64,000 bases of DNA. Origin: a virus. Both the position numbers and the translations under genes were made by a program. The notes beneath the pieces are model-generated. The model saw only the letters and a program-made list of their open reading frames with translations. It was not told where the DNA came from and searched no databases. Shown here piece by piece: positions 1-9,388 of the stretch. Within the stretch, counting starts at the first letter, position 1. Each line of letters begins with the position of its first letter. The stretch lies in the IMG/VR virus record IMGVR_UViG_3300034143_000010. One strand, 5' to 3'.

Positions 1-705
1 GGTGGTGCCGTTGGCCTGAAGGGTGATCTCATAACCCCCGGAAGCGGATTCGTAGGCGACGACGACGGTCGGAGCGGTGTAGGAACTCGCCGCCTCGCCT
101 TGGTAGATGCTGACCTCTCCGTAAAGATCGTAGATTACATCCGAGTTCGCTTTCTCCCTGAGCAGCGTGTGAGGCCCGTTTGATGTCCACATGAGGCCGA
201 GGTTCATCTTGTAGAGAATCTCCCGCACTTCCTGCGTCTGCCCGCCTCCGCCACCTTTGCCGCCGCCGACGGGCTGGCGCGTGACGTTGACCTCTTTGCG
301 GATTCCGTCCGTCCAGTAGATAACGGGCGCAACCCAACTTCCGCCGTACCCGTCGCCCGGATCGCCGAAGTAGATTTCGTTGAGGAGGATGCCCAGCTCG
401 GCGTTGATTACCATGTCGCCGGTCGTGCGCCCCTTCTCTATGGGCTTGGGCTTCGGAGCGAAGGCGCTCTGCAAAGCATAGCTGGCTGTATATAGCGCGG
501 CGCTGATGCCGATAGAGACGAGGATGGAGATTGGGTCGGCCACTTCGCCGCGACCGAAAGCCTCGCGCAGCTCCCTGCGCTTGCGCTCGACGAAAGATTC
601 AGGGGGCCGCGTGTAGAGCGCGGAAGGCACGCCGAAGAGGGGTAGCAATTCCCCCTTCTCATACAGTATGAGAGCAGTGCATTCGTTTTTCAGCTCCTCA
701 GTCAT
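1..705 (-). CDS. Phage tail / host-specificity protein (GTA-like), N-terminal part, runs off window
   Basis: Own translation from ATG 705, overlapping the NlpC stop: MTEELKNECTALILYEKG...PKPKPIEKGRTTGD...GGGKGGGGGQTQEV. Open to base 1. Follows DUF2460-DUF2163-NlpC. Confidence 0.85.
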   Translation of the reverse strand, partial: MTEELKNECTALILYEKGELLPLFGVPSALYTRPPESFVERKRRELREAFGRGEVADPISILVSIGISAALYTASYALQSAFAPKPKPIEKGRTTGDMVINAELGILLNEIYFGDPGDGYGGSWVAPVIYWTDGIRKEVNVTRQPVGGGKGGGGGQTQEVREILYKMNLGLMWTSNGPHTLLREKANSDVIYDLYGEVSIYQGEAASSYTAPTVVVAYESASGGYEITLQANGTT

Positions 706-1174
706 CCAGCTCCCTGATCTTCCATATCGAATGCACTCTCATGCGCCACTTCAAATCCATCCTGTGTCTTTGGACACCCCTCTCGCTACAATGAATAACG
801 TGCACGACGCCGTCCGACGCCCGGCGATCCGAGAGAAAACCGAGGTGGCGCGGCCTAGTTATGTCCCGCAAATCTTCATCACAAAAAGCGATGATGTCGG
901 CGGGAAGCGCCAGAGACATATCAGCCAACTGCATGCCATCTCGCCCGGCGATCAAATCCGTAGACGCAAGCAGCAGTTCCTGCATGAGGCTTCCGTCTTC
1001 ACGGCGCTTGTAATTGCGCACTATGCCGGTAATCCGATCAATGCCGCAGTGCCTCAACACCCCTTCGAGGAACCCCTCGCAGTCGGAGCCTAAGCCCTTC
1101 AGCATGCCCTGATGCTCGAAGGGCGTGCCGATCCATGTCTTGGCTTCCTCGATGATCTGTTCTCTTGTCGGCAT
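698..1174 (-). CDS. Phage NlpC/P60 family tail peptidase
   Basis: MPTREQIIEEAKTWIGTPFEHQG...GSDCEGF (catalytic Cys), PRHLG, VIHC. Start refined to 1174. Confidence 0.9.
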   Translation of the reverse strand: MPTREQIIEEAKTWIGTPFEHQGMLKGLGSDCEGFLEGVLRHCGIDRITGIVRNYKRREDGSLMQELLLASTDLIAGRDGMQLADMSLALPADIIAFCDEDLRDITRPRHLGFLSDRRASDGVVHVIHCSERGVQRHRMDLKWRMRVHSIWKIRELDD

Positions 1175-1176
1175 AA

Positions 1177-2019
1177 TTACTCCGGGTAGTGCAGGACGAA
1201 CCCGCGCGTCGGCGTGTCCCATTCGGCCTGAGCATTCAGGACAGCCTCTTCACCTAAAGCTTTCGCGTCCTCACGCGTGCCCTTGTAGCCTCTCGTCAGC
1301 GTTACCTCGTCGTCCTCTGCGATCTCGGAATGCATCTTGAGCTGGAGCTCGATTTCGGTTTCCGCCCCATCGTCCGTCGAAGACTTGATCTCCATCTTCT
1401 GGCCCGCATTGGTCCCGCTCGTGAACTCCGCAAGCCCGTACTGGAAATAATCTGCTTCAGGCTGCAAGTAGGAGACCTTGAACTTGCGCCTGTCGGTCAC
1501 GCTCACGACACTCGTCTCATGCGTGAAGAGGCTCACGTCAACGCCCGTGTCCCCAAGCGTCCTGTTCCTGTCGGTATTGGAGGTAAGGTCTCCGACCTTC
1601 TGGCGCAGGCGATCCTTGAGCGAGCGAAACTCGACCCTGTACTTTCGCCCGACGGGCACGAACTGGCCCGCCCAGCCTTTCATCTTGCGCACTGAGCCGA
1701 GCGAAGGGGTGCGATAATCGACGAGAATCTCTTTGTGGATGACAGCATTCGTCCAACGGCCCGCTTCGATGTCCTCTTTCGTCATCACGTCATCGGGGAT
1801 GATGAGAATCTCGGAAGTATCGGCTTCGAGCCCCGTAGTGATCACCGATGTGGAGGGCTCATTCGGCGACGCCTTATAGGTCACGCCGGCGTAGACGAGA
1901 TTACGCGTGTGCGATGCGTAAGCCGCGACCGTGCCGTCCGCCGCCGTGAACTTCCACAGATCACATGGAAAAATCACGTTGCTCGCGAGTGCGTCCTTTA
2001 TTTCCTGTGTCGCGCTCAT
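1177..2019 (-). CDS. DUF2163 / BR0599-like baseplate hub protein
   Basis: 280-aa ORF: YASHTRNLVYAGVTY, IEAGRWTNA, YFQYGLAEFTSGTNAGQKMEIK. Sits between DUF2460 and NlpC. Confidence 0.85.
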   Translation of the reverse strand: MSATQEIKDALASNVIFPCDLWKFTAADGTVAAYASHTRNLVYAGVTYKASPNEPSTSVITTGLEADTSEILIIPDDVMTKEDIEAGRWTNAVIHKEILVDYRTPSLGSVRKMKGWAGQFVPVGRKYRVEFRSLKDRLRQKVGDLTSNTDRNRTLGDTGVDVSLFTHETSVVSVTDRRKFKVSYLQPEADYFQYGLAEFTSGTNAGQKMEIKSSTDDGAETEIELQLKMHSEIAEDDEVTLTRGYKGTREDAKALGEEAVLNAQAEWDTPTRGFVLHYPE

Positions 2020-2757
2020 CTACTCTATGCCTAATTCCGCCGGTAAAATCTCTCTCAACCCCAGGCTCTGGGCTTCGCCCGATACGTCGACGCGCAGGCT
2101 GAACTGGTTATCAGTGAAGGCCATCGGCACGTCGAAGTGCGTCGTGACTCTAAGGAGTTGGCCCAGCGAGGGCTGAGAGCTGAAATAGACCCAACCGGTC
2201 GTGTTGTTGACCGTGTAATTCGTGACCACAGAATTCCCGACCTTGATGACGAGCTCCTGCTCGATCACGCGATCATCATCTCCGTCCGGCTCAAGCAGAG
2301 TGACGCTTCCGCCCTCCGCCCCCAAATCTTTCAGCCTGATATTCGTGACGGGCTTGACGATGCGGCGCACGTTCTCCCGGTTGGTGACGCCGGGCCGCCT
2401 GTAGCTGATCTGCAAGGGATATGCGAGCACCCCGCTCTGGGCCGTGCCGAAGACCTCGTCCTCGACGTAGTAGTCGTGCGGGACGATGACGCGAAAGCCT
2501 ACGCCAGAGCCCCAGCCGCCGTTGATGAAATTGACGAGGTATCTGATCTGGTCGGGATTTAGGAGCTGAAGATTGACTGTCAGGTTTTCGATCTGGTCAT
2601 ACCTGAGCACGGCGGTCTTGCATATGCCCGTTTGGTCGTTTTTCAAGACCGCGTTGGCATACTCCGGCCCGCCGACAACGGGCGACATTTGGCCCTTCGG
2701 TACGAAGAAGATATCGGGGTCTAAAAGCACCTCGTCGAAAAGAATGAAATTTGACAT
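2020..2757 (-). CDS. DUF2460 (TIGR02217-like) distal tail protein
   Basis: GGPEYANAV, VNNTTGWVYFSSQP, THFDVPMAF motifs and gene order. Confidence 0.85.
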   Translation of the reverse strand: MSNFILFDEVLLDPDIFFVPKGQMSPVVGGPEYANAVLKNDQTGICKTAVLRYDQIENLTVNLQLLNPDQIRYLVNFINGGWGSGVGFRVIVPHDYYVEDEVFGTAQSGVLAYPLQISYRRPGVTNRENVRRIVKPVTNIRLKDLGAEGGSVTLLEPDGDDDRVIEQELVIKVGNSVVTNYTVNNTTGWVYFSSQPSLGQLLRVTTHFDVPMAFTDNQFSLRVDVSGEAQSLGLREILPAELGIE

Positions 2758-2787
2758 AAATAATCTTCGCCCCGTTCATATATCTGC

Positions 2788-5349
2788 TTAGAACGGATGC
2801 TCTATTCCAACACCAACATTGTAGAGTTGTGTTACTTCAAGGTCGGTAGGTACTTTCTTCCAGAAGCCCACAGCATCAACCAAGCCATTCAGATATGCGC
2901 CGGGCACGGCTGTTGCTCCGATAATAAAAGGCGCGGTTGAGTCCTTCACCCCGCCAGAGTGCGCCGTCGTGTTAGCCGTGCCGTTATTAACGCGAATACC
3001 TATCACGTTATTAACAGAGTCATGCCAAACAATGATGTGATTCCAGAGGCCCGTAGTTGGAGAGCCGAACACGTTGGCCGTCACGCCTACCGCAGCCGTG
3101 CCAGCCGCCGAGACGTAGAACTCGAAACGGTCAGAGCCCACGGTGTATTGCAAGATGTATTCATTCTCCGTTGAGCCGCCGCCCACGGAAGTCCACTTGC
3201 CTAGTATGACCATGCTCGCCGCTTTGGTTGTTAGCTGAACCCAACAGCTTAAAAAGAAATCAATATCACCCGTTGAGAGCGCGGCATTGTCGGCGCATGA
3301 TAGATACTGCGAACTGGCAGACGCGAAACCAGCAGCATTGCCGACTCTGCCAGCCACTTGCGTTACACCGTTAACGCTCGTTAGATGGTTCGTGCTTACC
3401 GAATCACTGCGCTGCGCGCCCGTCGCCTCGCCTAGTTTCCAGAATGAGACGAGCTTTGATAGTAGAGTGCGCGGACGAGCAAATACGTCTATTGCATATC
3501 CGCTATCAGGAATAACGGCAGCGGCCCCGTTTGAATTGATGAGGCGAACGGTTATCTCGTCAGCCTTTTTGCAGTAGGCCGATGGAGTAATGCCGCCGCC
3601 TAACTCCGTCATAGGCGAGACGGAAACCCCGTCACCTATGCGCGCTCCCGCAAGTGTGGACGTGACGCTGCCCGTCACGCCGAAGATAGTTCCAAAGCTT
3701 AGAACGGGGTTTGATTGCAGATGCGCGCCGCTGGTCGTTGCAAAAGTGTGTGTCAGCGTATTAGACCAAAGCACGTTTCCGAACTCGTCGTACATGCCGA
3801 CTCTTATCTCTACGCTGCCGCCAGCAGGCCAGTACGCAACCGTATCTTCGGGGGCTCTAAAGTCAATAGTCTGCCCGTCCGATGTGGGCCATGTTGACGA
3901 GCCTGCCGTTTTAACCTGTGTTACTGTTTTCGCAACTTTCAGGCGCTCAAGAGTCGTCGTGTTGTGGATGTTGATAAAACTCTCGCTCTGAATCGTCGCG
4001 TCTTTTGTGATCGTGATGGAATTACCGCCAACATCAACGCGGCTAGTATCTGTCGCATAGAGAGAATGATAGCTGAGCGTTGCGCCCCATGTGCCGACGT
4101 TGCCGACCGCATCAACAGGATAGACAATCCAATCGTAATCACTCATCAGCCCGGCCAAGAATTTCGTTGACCGCTCGAAGGTAGTATTCGGCCCCTCGTA
4201 GATCAGCGTTACTGCGCCCGTTGAGAATTTCTGCGCGTAGAGCTTGTAGCCAACTGTGCGCGCGGCATCGCCCGCGTCCGAGCAGGCGTCCCACTTCCAC
4301 CTGTAACGCGGCCCTGCCAAAGTCTCATAGGTGAAGTTCTGAGGAAATGAATTGTTCCACGCGCTTGATTGAAGCTGCGTGACGGCGGTTGACGATGAAA
4401 GCTGGCCGGAAGCCGTCGAGTTGCCGTTGTAATCTTCAACCTTCGTGCGAATCGTAAACGTGCCGACAGCCATCGCGGGGGTTTCTATAACAGCCGCCCC
4501 GCTCGCGTCCGGGTACGCGAAACCGAAGAAGGTTTCAGTCAGGCCGGGCCGGGTAATAAAGACTGCTACTCGCTGGCTTTGCGCGAACGCTCCGAAGGTC
4601 ATCGCTGCGCGGATAACGATAGAGAATGCCCCGCTTGGAGTCCACCCCTTGACCTGTGAGAGCGTAAGCGAAGAAAGCGCGGGCGGCAGAGCTTGCGTGT
4701 ATGTGATCGTCAGCGGAGTTGTAGAGGTCTTGCCCGCGAAGCTATACGAGTAAATATGGTAGGTGCGCGTCCCCGTTGTCGGTGGTACATCGTAAGCGCG
4801 CGTACCGCCAACAATAGCCCTGAAACTATCAACCCCGCCCGTGTATTCATAGAGCAGATAATGCTTAATGGGAGCAGGAGAGGCGGCGGGGGCCGTCCAA
4901 TCAAGCCTAAGTTCAGTATAGGTGGCGTTCGGCGTGGCAACGCCTCCTGTGGGCGGCGAAGGCACAGAAGGCGTATAGACCTGTTCGACTCCCGCTGAAC
5001 TCCCGGCGCTGTTAATGGCATACACCCTATACGTGGTTGCGGTGGTTGGCGCGTTATCTCTGAATTCTCGAATATCACCGCCGTCAACAAAGACCTCAGC
5101 CCCGCTTACTGCCTTATAAACCTCATAGCGCACGCGAGGCGTAGTTGAGGCTGTCCAGCGTCCGATGATAGTTGTGCCTGTTGGCTCATTGGTAACAGTA
5201 AAGCTCGTTGCGGGGTTCGGTATAACATCTTCGGCTTCCAATGATTCTGAGATGTACTTAGCAACCATGCTGCCCGGATGAGAAGGGTTCCCGTTAGGTA
5301 CTGTCTCATCAAATACCATTACCTGATTGTGCAATATCGCCTGTGTCAT
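2788..5349 (-). CDS. Fibronectin-III-repeat and LamG/concanavalin A-like domain protein (putative receptor-binding protein)
   Basis: FN3-like units (RWTAS..YEVYK..YRVYAIN; LDWTAP..YLLY..YHIYSY) and C-terminal LVSFWKLGE...SCWVQ...NGLVDAVGFW. Confidence 0.75.
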   Translation of the reverse strand: MTQAILHNQVMVFDETVPNGNPSHPGSMVAKYISESLEAEDVIPNPATSFTVTNEPTGTTIIGRWTASTTPRVRYEVYKAVSGAEVFVDGGDIREFRDNAPTTATTYRVYAINSAGSSAGVEQVYTPSVPSPPTGGVATPNATYTELRLDWTAPAASPAPIKHYLLYEYTGGVDSFRAIVGGTRAYDVPPTTGTRTYHIYSYSFAGKTSTTPLTITYTQALPPALSSLTLSQVKGWTPSGAFSIVIRAAMTFGAFAQSQRVAVFITRPGLTETFFGFAYPDASGAAVIETPAMAVGTFTIRTKVEDYNGNSTASGQLSSSTAVTQLQSSAWNNSFPQNFTYETLAGPRYRWKWDACSDAGDAARTVGYKLYAQKFSTGAVTLIYEGPNTTFERSTKFLAGLMSDYDWIVYPVDAVGNVGTWGATLSYHSLYATDTSRVDVGGNSITITKDATIQSESFINIHNTTTLERLKVAKTVTQVKTAGSSTWPTSDGQTIDFRAPEDTVAYWPAGGSVEIRVGMYDEFGNVLWSNTLTHTFATTSGAHLQSNPVLSFGTIFGVTGSVTSTLAGARIGDGVSVSPMTELGGGITPSAYCKKADEITVRLINSNGAAAVIPDSGYAIDVFARPRTLLSKLVSFWKLGEATGAQRSDSVSTNHLTSVNGVTQVAGRVGNAAGFASASSQYLSCADNAALSTGDIDFFLSCWVQLTTKAASMVILGKWTSVGGGSTENEYILQYTVGSDRFEFYVSAAGTAAVGVTANVFGSPTTGLWNHIIVWHDSVNNVIGIRVNNGTANTTAHSGGVKDSTAPFIIGATAVPGAYLNGLVDAVGFWKKVPTDLEVTQLYNVGVGIEHPF

Positions 5350-5380
5350 GCGTCCCCGTTCACCTCTCCAGCCGCAAATA

Positions 5381-5722
5381 AGGCTAAATCAAATCACTGT
5401 TTAGTTTTGGGAGGGTGTTACGCCCCGCTTCTCCCTTGAAACCTTACGCAACCTCGGCACAGAGTTTTTTCAGGGTGTCCGCCTTGACGCCCGCAAAAGC
5501 CTACAGAATTCGAGCCTTTAATTATTCGGAGGGTGTCCGCGCTCCCTCTCACACAGCCTATAGAAAATCCCTCTTTAATTTTTAGGGGGTGTGAGTACCT
5601 TGACGCACTCCGCCGAAAAGAGCTTAGATAAAATGGATAGTTAACTTTTCAGGGGGGTGTTATGGCCTTGCCCCCACAGGCAAAGGGTAGGGCTTTTAAT
5701 GGATTAGTTTGGGGAGGGTGAA
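5381..5722 (-). promoter_or_regulatory. Tandem array 1 of six tripartite promoter-like units (about 60-bp period)
   Basis: Plus-strand GGGTG(T/A) at 5413, 5473, 5531, 5587, 5655, 5716. On the minus strand each unit reads ACACCC-N8-10-YTAA-N14-TANNNT (unit 2 degenerate at YTAA, unit 6 TCACCC). Confidence 0.75.
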
Positions 5723-5977
5723 ATGTTTATAAGCAGGAAAATAATCGCTATCGGATTGCTTTTGCTGGCGCTATGTGCGGCGGGGTGGACTTACGGGCAG
5801 CGGGCAGGGCGCGTTCAATGGGAATATAAAGTCGTCACCCTGAAAGCCGATGCCGCCATTCCAAACGACCTCAACAAATTCGGCGCGGAAGGGTGGGAGT
5901 TGATAGGCTTTAATATTGTCAGTGAAGGTGACAAATACGGCCAAGTCGGCAACTACTATTTCAAGCGTCCAAAATAA
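5723..5977 (+). CDS. DUF4177 family small exported protein
   Basis: Signal peptide then QWEYKVV...LNKFGAEGWEL...YYFKRPK. The RBS GGAGG is supplied by the last array unit. Confidence 0.8.
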   Translation: MFISRKIIAIGLLLLALCAAGWTYGQRAGRVQWEYKVVTLKADAAIPNDLNKFGAEGWELIGFNIVSEGDKYGQVGNYYFKRPK

Positions 5978-6005
5978 AACAGGGGCAAAGCTTTCGCCCT
6001 ACCCC
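5971..6005 (-). terminator. Rho-independent terminator
   Basis: Minus strand agggcgaaagctttgcccct hairpin followed by gttttatttt. Inverted copy at 36918-36952. Confidence 0.75.
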
Positions 6006-6015
6006 ATTAAACCAA

Positions 6016-6034
6016 ATTCGTCAAATTTACGATT
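6016..6034. repeat. AWTCGT-CAAATTT-ACGAWT palindromic repeat, copy 1
   Basis: attcgt caaattt acgatt read directly. Confidence 0.9.
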
Positions 6035-6073
6035 ATCAACTCTCAGTGTTTAGGGTGTGATTGGTCTATCAGT

Positions 6074-7957
6074 TTACCCAGTTGCCTCTATAGGTTCTAT
6101 CGGTAATGTAGCCTCTAAAGTTACAAGTTCGTGGGTTTCTTCTTGGATGGTCATCATGAATAGTTTTTGCCCGTCAGGCGATAAGTACATATAGCCATGC
6201 CCAACTTTACCAAAAGAAGATGGATAACCTTTCTTTAAAAGTTCAAAATGAGCGCCTGAATTTCTCAATTCGCCATTTACCTTGTATTCAGTATAACCTT
6301 GTGTCCAAGTGCCTTCTATGTATTGACCGTTTTGACTAATTGTATAAATTGTTCCGCTGTCTGACTTCCATGTACCACCGAAAACTGGATTGATCTTCTT
6401 TTCAGTAAAAAAAGTATCAGCAAATAATAATACAAATCGTTGTTGCTGTCTGGCAGTAACAAGGGTTTTATCTAAAATGGTAGACTCTTTCTCTTGTAAT
6501 TCAATAATGCTTGCAAGTGCGCTGCCTACGGCCTTATTTATATCGTTTTGCTTCTGCGCTTCCATGAGAAGGTCTTTTGCCTCCTCAAAAAGACCGATAG
6601 AAATGTATTGGTACGCGAGATTGCTCGCAGCTAGAGTGTTCTTTAATTCAACAGCTTTCTTGTAGGCTCTCATTGACAAGCCTAGCATATCAAAAGAGTG
6701 ATACTCTACTCCAAGATTATTCCAAGCTGTTGAATGATCGGGATTAAATTGATGAAGTGTCTTGTAATGTAAAACCGACAAAGGATGTCCTTTGTCTCCT
6801 TCACATGAATAGGAATATCCCGCATTAAAGTGAAGCGTTGCGTCGTTAGGTCTATTCTCGAGCGCTTTCTCTAAGCAAACCGCTCGCAATCTGTAGCTAT
6901 TATCTAATTCATAAAGTGAAGCAAGACCGGAGTAAAGTTCAGATACAGCACTCGGGTCTGTAGTTTCATTAATGGAATCTATAAGAGATTGAAACGCTTC
7001 CTTTTTGCTGCCGGTCTTGTGGAGACACTTGGCCGCGTGTACTTTCGCATATGCACTCTTATAGGGTGTTGGCGCTTTTTGAGCCGCCAGCTCATAGGCT
7101 AATATGGCCTTGTTAAAGTTTTCAGAGAGTTCATAGCTTTGACCTATCCAAAAATTGGCACTTGCCACACCTTCATCCGTAGCTCCCAAGTCTTGTAGTT
7201 TACCTAGAGCTTCTGGGTCTCCAAGCGCAAAGCAAAAATGTAAATAGATAGCATGCTTTCTTATAGACTCTTCTTTATCAGTTTCTACTTCCTCAATCTT
7301 TTTATATATTTCATGTACTTTTGATAAGTCATCTGCAACCCAAGCATCTATCATTTCATTAAATAAAGTATCAGCCGAATCAGTGGTTAGACCTACATTT
7401 TCCTCCCCCTGCTCTATGTTAGCGCCTCCTGTAAGAGATGACGTAGTTTCTATTTTTTCAGTTTGCGCTGCCTCAGATCGAGAGGTGACGCTTTTTACTT
7501 GGTGCTCAAACTCGGGCCAGAACTTTTCAAATAGTGTGTCAATTTGGGCCTCGCTAGGAGCAGTATCACCAGCAGCGATTCTAATAGCAGTTAGAAGTTT
7601 TCTAGTTTCATTTTTTTCTGCTTTAGCGCCATTGAATTGTTCGAGTGGGCCTTTTATATCCTCAAAATCTACATCCAAGAGATAAGGTACAACATGCGAT
7701 TTATCGATCAGCTTAGATAACGCGCCAGCTTCAAAAAATATCCATGGAGCAGCTAAATTATCTGGTGTAAGACATAGTATTCCAAAGTTGCACTGGTTAA
7801 GCACATTTGTCAGTTCGGTTCCCCACCTAGCCCCTTTGTAAATATTGTGGGCCGACATCCATGGCTCTACGGCTTGAATAATAAGAGGAAGAAATCCGCT
7901 CAAAGCTTCAGCGATAATCTTACTTTTATCACCTGACCAACTTATGAATACTTTCAT
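6074..7957 (-). CDS. TIR domain plus TPR-repeat protein (putative anti-phage sensor/effector)
   Basis: N-terminal KVFISWSG...ILCLTPDN..PWIFFEAGALSK (TIR catalytic Glu) and TPR-like helices (AWNNLGVEY...YKKAVEL). AT-rich gene. Confidence 0.8.
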   Translation of the reverse strand: MKVFISWSGDKSKIIAEALSGFLPLIIQAVEPWMSAHNIYKGARWGTELTNVLNQCNFGILCLTPDNLAAPWIFFEAGALSKLIDKSHVVPYLLDVDFEDIKGPLEQFNGAKAEKNETRKLLTAIRIAAGDTAPSEAQIDTLFEKFWPEFEHQVKSVTSRSEAAQTEKIETTSSLTGGANIEQGEENVGLTTDSADTLFNEMIDAWVADDLSKVHEIYKKIEEVETDKEESIRKHAIYLHFCFALGDPEALGKLQDLGATDEGVASANFWIGQSYELSENFNKAILAYELAAQKAPTPYKSAYAKVHAAKCLHKTGSKKEAFQSLIDSINETTDPSAVSELYSGLASLYELDNSYRLRAVCLEKALENRPNDATLHFNAGYSYSCEGDKGHPLSVLHYKTLHQFNPDHSTAWNNLGVEYHSFDMLGLSMRAYKKAVELKNTLAASNLAYQYISIGLFEEAKDLLMEAQKQNDINKAVGSALASIIELQEKESTILDKTLVTARQQQRFVLLFADTFFTEKKINPVFGGTWKSDSGTIYTISQNGQYIEGTWTQGYTEYKVNGELRNSGAHFELLKKGYPSSFGKVGHGYMYLSPDGQKLFMMTIQEETHELVTLEATLPIEPIEATG

Positions 7958-8088
7958 ATTAATACCTTGTCTATAGTGGCATTTGAAGAGAATAGATTTT
8001 GCATGTTATGCTCAACTCTTATTATCTTCCCTTCTTATACACCTTTGAATCAGCTTTAACCTTTGGCTGTCTGCTACTGCTTACCGTT

Positions 8089-8140
8089 TTACTTCTCTTC
8101 AGCTTTCAAATCACGAATCAATCTATCAAATGCTTTCTGA
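8089..8140 (-). pseudogene. 3' remnant of a pentapeptide-TIR gene
   Basis: Encodes KAFDRLIRDLKAEEK*, nearly identical to the end of 33481-34554 (KAFDRLLRDLKAEEK*). Confidence 0.8.
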
Positions 8141-8160
8141 TATGAACCCTGCATCCGTTC

Positions 8161-8811
8161 TTACTTCTTTAAGAGTTCATCTTGAGGAATCAGAGTATCT
8201 AAAGGGTAGCAACTGACGCTAAAGGAATCGGTGTATTCTTTCGCTTTCCAACTTGGTTCTACTAACATTGCTAAATCAGGAGGCGCTGCCCCTAAATAAG
8301 GATATACTTCTACCCCCTTTCTGTGATTGTGAACTACAAGCCAGAACTTTTCACCTAAATAGGGAGTCTTATGAATTGGTGATCTACTGTTTCTTGCTTT
8401 AATTATCCTCTCTGCTTTTGAAGTTAAAGAGTAACAAGTTCTATGAGTACCATCTGTAAAGACGCGGGCGTCGCCTTTCAATAAGCCAAGTTTTTCTAGA
8501 GTTTTAATAGTATTTGCTTCGATGTTGTCTATTTCTGATTTATCATTAATTCTAAACCATCTAATTGTACCTTGATACCATTCTAAAACATTTGCTGTAT
8601 AGTCTAATTCAAGTAGAAGTTGAAGCATTTCACTAATGCTTATTAAAATTTGCTCTTTGGCGGGAGGCTGGAGCGTCTTATCTGCTGCTTGCGCGTGCGT
8701 GATTAACGTTTCAGCTTGAGAGAAATCAATAGCAAGTTTTGCGCCATCTTGTAAGCAGTACTGTAAAGCATCATCCGTATAAGTACTCTGGCATTGGGGA
8801 CATCGTTTCAT
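8161..8811 (-). CDS. Zinc-ribbon N-terminal hypothetical protein
   Basis: MKRCPQCQSTYTDDALQYCLQDG. Start refined to the ATG 1 nt after the HTH stop. Confidence 0.7.
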   Translation of the reverse strand: MKRCPQCQSTYTDDALQYCLQDGAKLAIDFSQAETLITHAQAADKTLQPPAKEQILISISEMLQLLLELDYTANVLEWYQGTIRWFRINDKSEIDNIEANTIKTLEKLGLLKGDARVFTDGTHRTCYSLTSKAERIIKARNSRSPIHKTPYLGEKFWLVVHNHRKGVEVYPYLGAAPPDLAMLVEPSWKAKEYTDSFSVSCYPLDTLIPQDELLKK

Positions 8812-8812
8812 C

Positions 8813-9034
8813 TTACTTCTTACCACCCTTCTTACTCGCCTTTGAACTCTCAGCTTTAACCTTTGGCGGTCTGCCCGGCTTACGATCTTCAACCAGTTTC
8901 AAGTCACCTTCTTGGATGAAGTAATCCCGGCCCATCTTCTCCGCAGGCAAACGCCCTTCTTCAATAAATTGATGTACGCGACGGACGGTAACGTCTAAGC
9001 GGGAGGCAGCTTCTTTTGTCGTCAGAAGGTTCAT
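8813..9034 (-). CDS. Small excisionase-like (HTH_17) DNA-binding protein
   Basis: MNLLTTKEAASRLDVTVRRVHQFIEEGRLPAEKMGRDYFI plus basic tail. TTGACG-17-TATAAG ends 7 nt before the ATG. Confidence 0.85.
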   Translation of the reverse strand: MNLLTTKEAASRLDVTVRRVHQFIEEGRLPAEKMGRDYFIQEGDLKLVEDRKPGRPPKVKAESSKASKKGGKK

Positions 9035-9084
9035 AGTCAGCCTTATACCCCTAAATAAACTCTTCGTCAAGGTGAAGATTTCCA

Positions 9085-9113
9085 TTGACAAACCCTTCAT
9101 CTTGATGTAGAGT
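9085..9113 (+). promoter_or_regulatory. sigma70 promoter for the rightward module operon
   Basis: TTGACA-17 bp-TAGAGT upstream of the 48-aa ORF. Confidence 0.7.
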
Positions 9114-9150
9114 TTTTGTTAGTCGGACATACCACAAAGGAGCATCAAAC

Positions 9151-9297
9151 ATGAACCGCACAGCCAGCACAACCAACATCACGGTCAGCACCACAACGGC
9201 CAAGCCAGCCAGCAAATACGAGATTAAACAGAGAATCGAAGTTGATGCTTTCGGGCGCAAGCGCACGGCTGAATATGTGAAGGGCATACGTATCTGA
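9151..9297 (+). CDS. 48-aa protein ending in GIRI
   Basis: RBS aaggag, then MNRTASTTNITVSTTTAKPASKYEIKQRIEVDAFGRKRTAEYVKGIRI. Paralog at 32961-33107. Confidence 0.75.
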   Translation: MNRTASTTNITVSTTTAKPASKYEIKQRIEVDAFGRKRTAEYVKGIRI

Positions 9298-9388
9298 AAG
9301 TCAATAAGGGGCGGCTCACTGGTCAGAGTGCGCCGCCCCTTGCACATCCACCCGAATCACCGCACAGCCATATGAGGGGAAACAGGAG

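Noticed and set aside
2788-5349. Diversity-generating retroelement target
   Set aside because: No reverse transcriptase and no template/variable repeat pair differing at adenines were seen in the window.
5381-5722. CRISPR array interpretation of the 60-bp repeats (also 29919-30263)
   Set aside because: There is no invariant contiguous repeat of 20 bp or more, conservation is split into three short boxes, single copies sit in promoter positions, and there are no cas genes. It is kept as a promoter-like array.
6053-6058. Isolated GGGTGT near the TIR-TPR stop
   Set aside because: It lacks the TTAA box and TANNNT hexamer at the required spacing.
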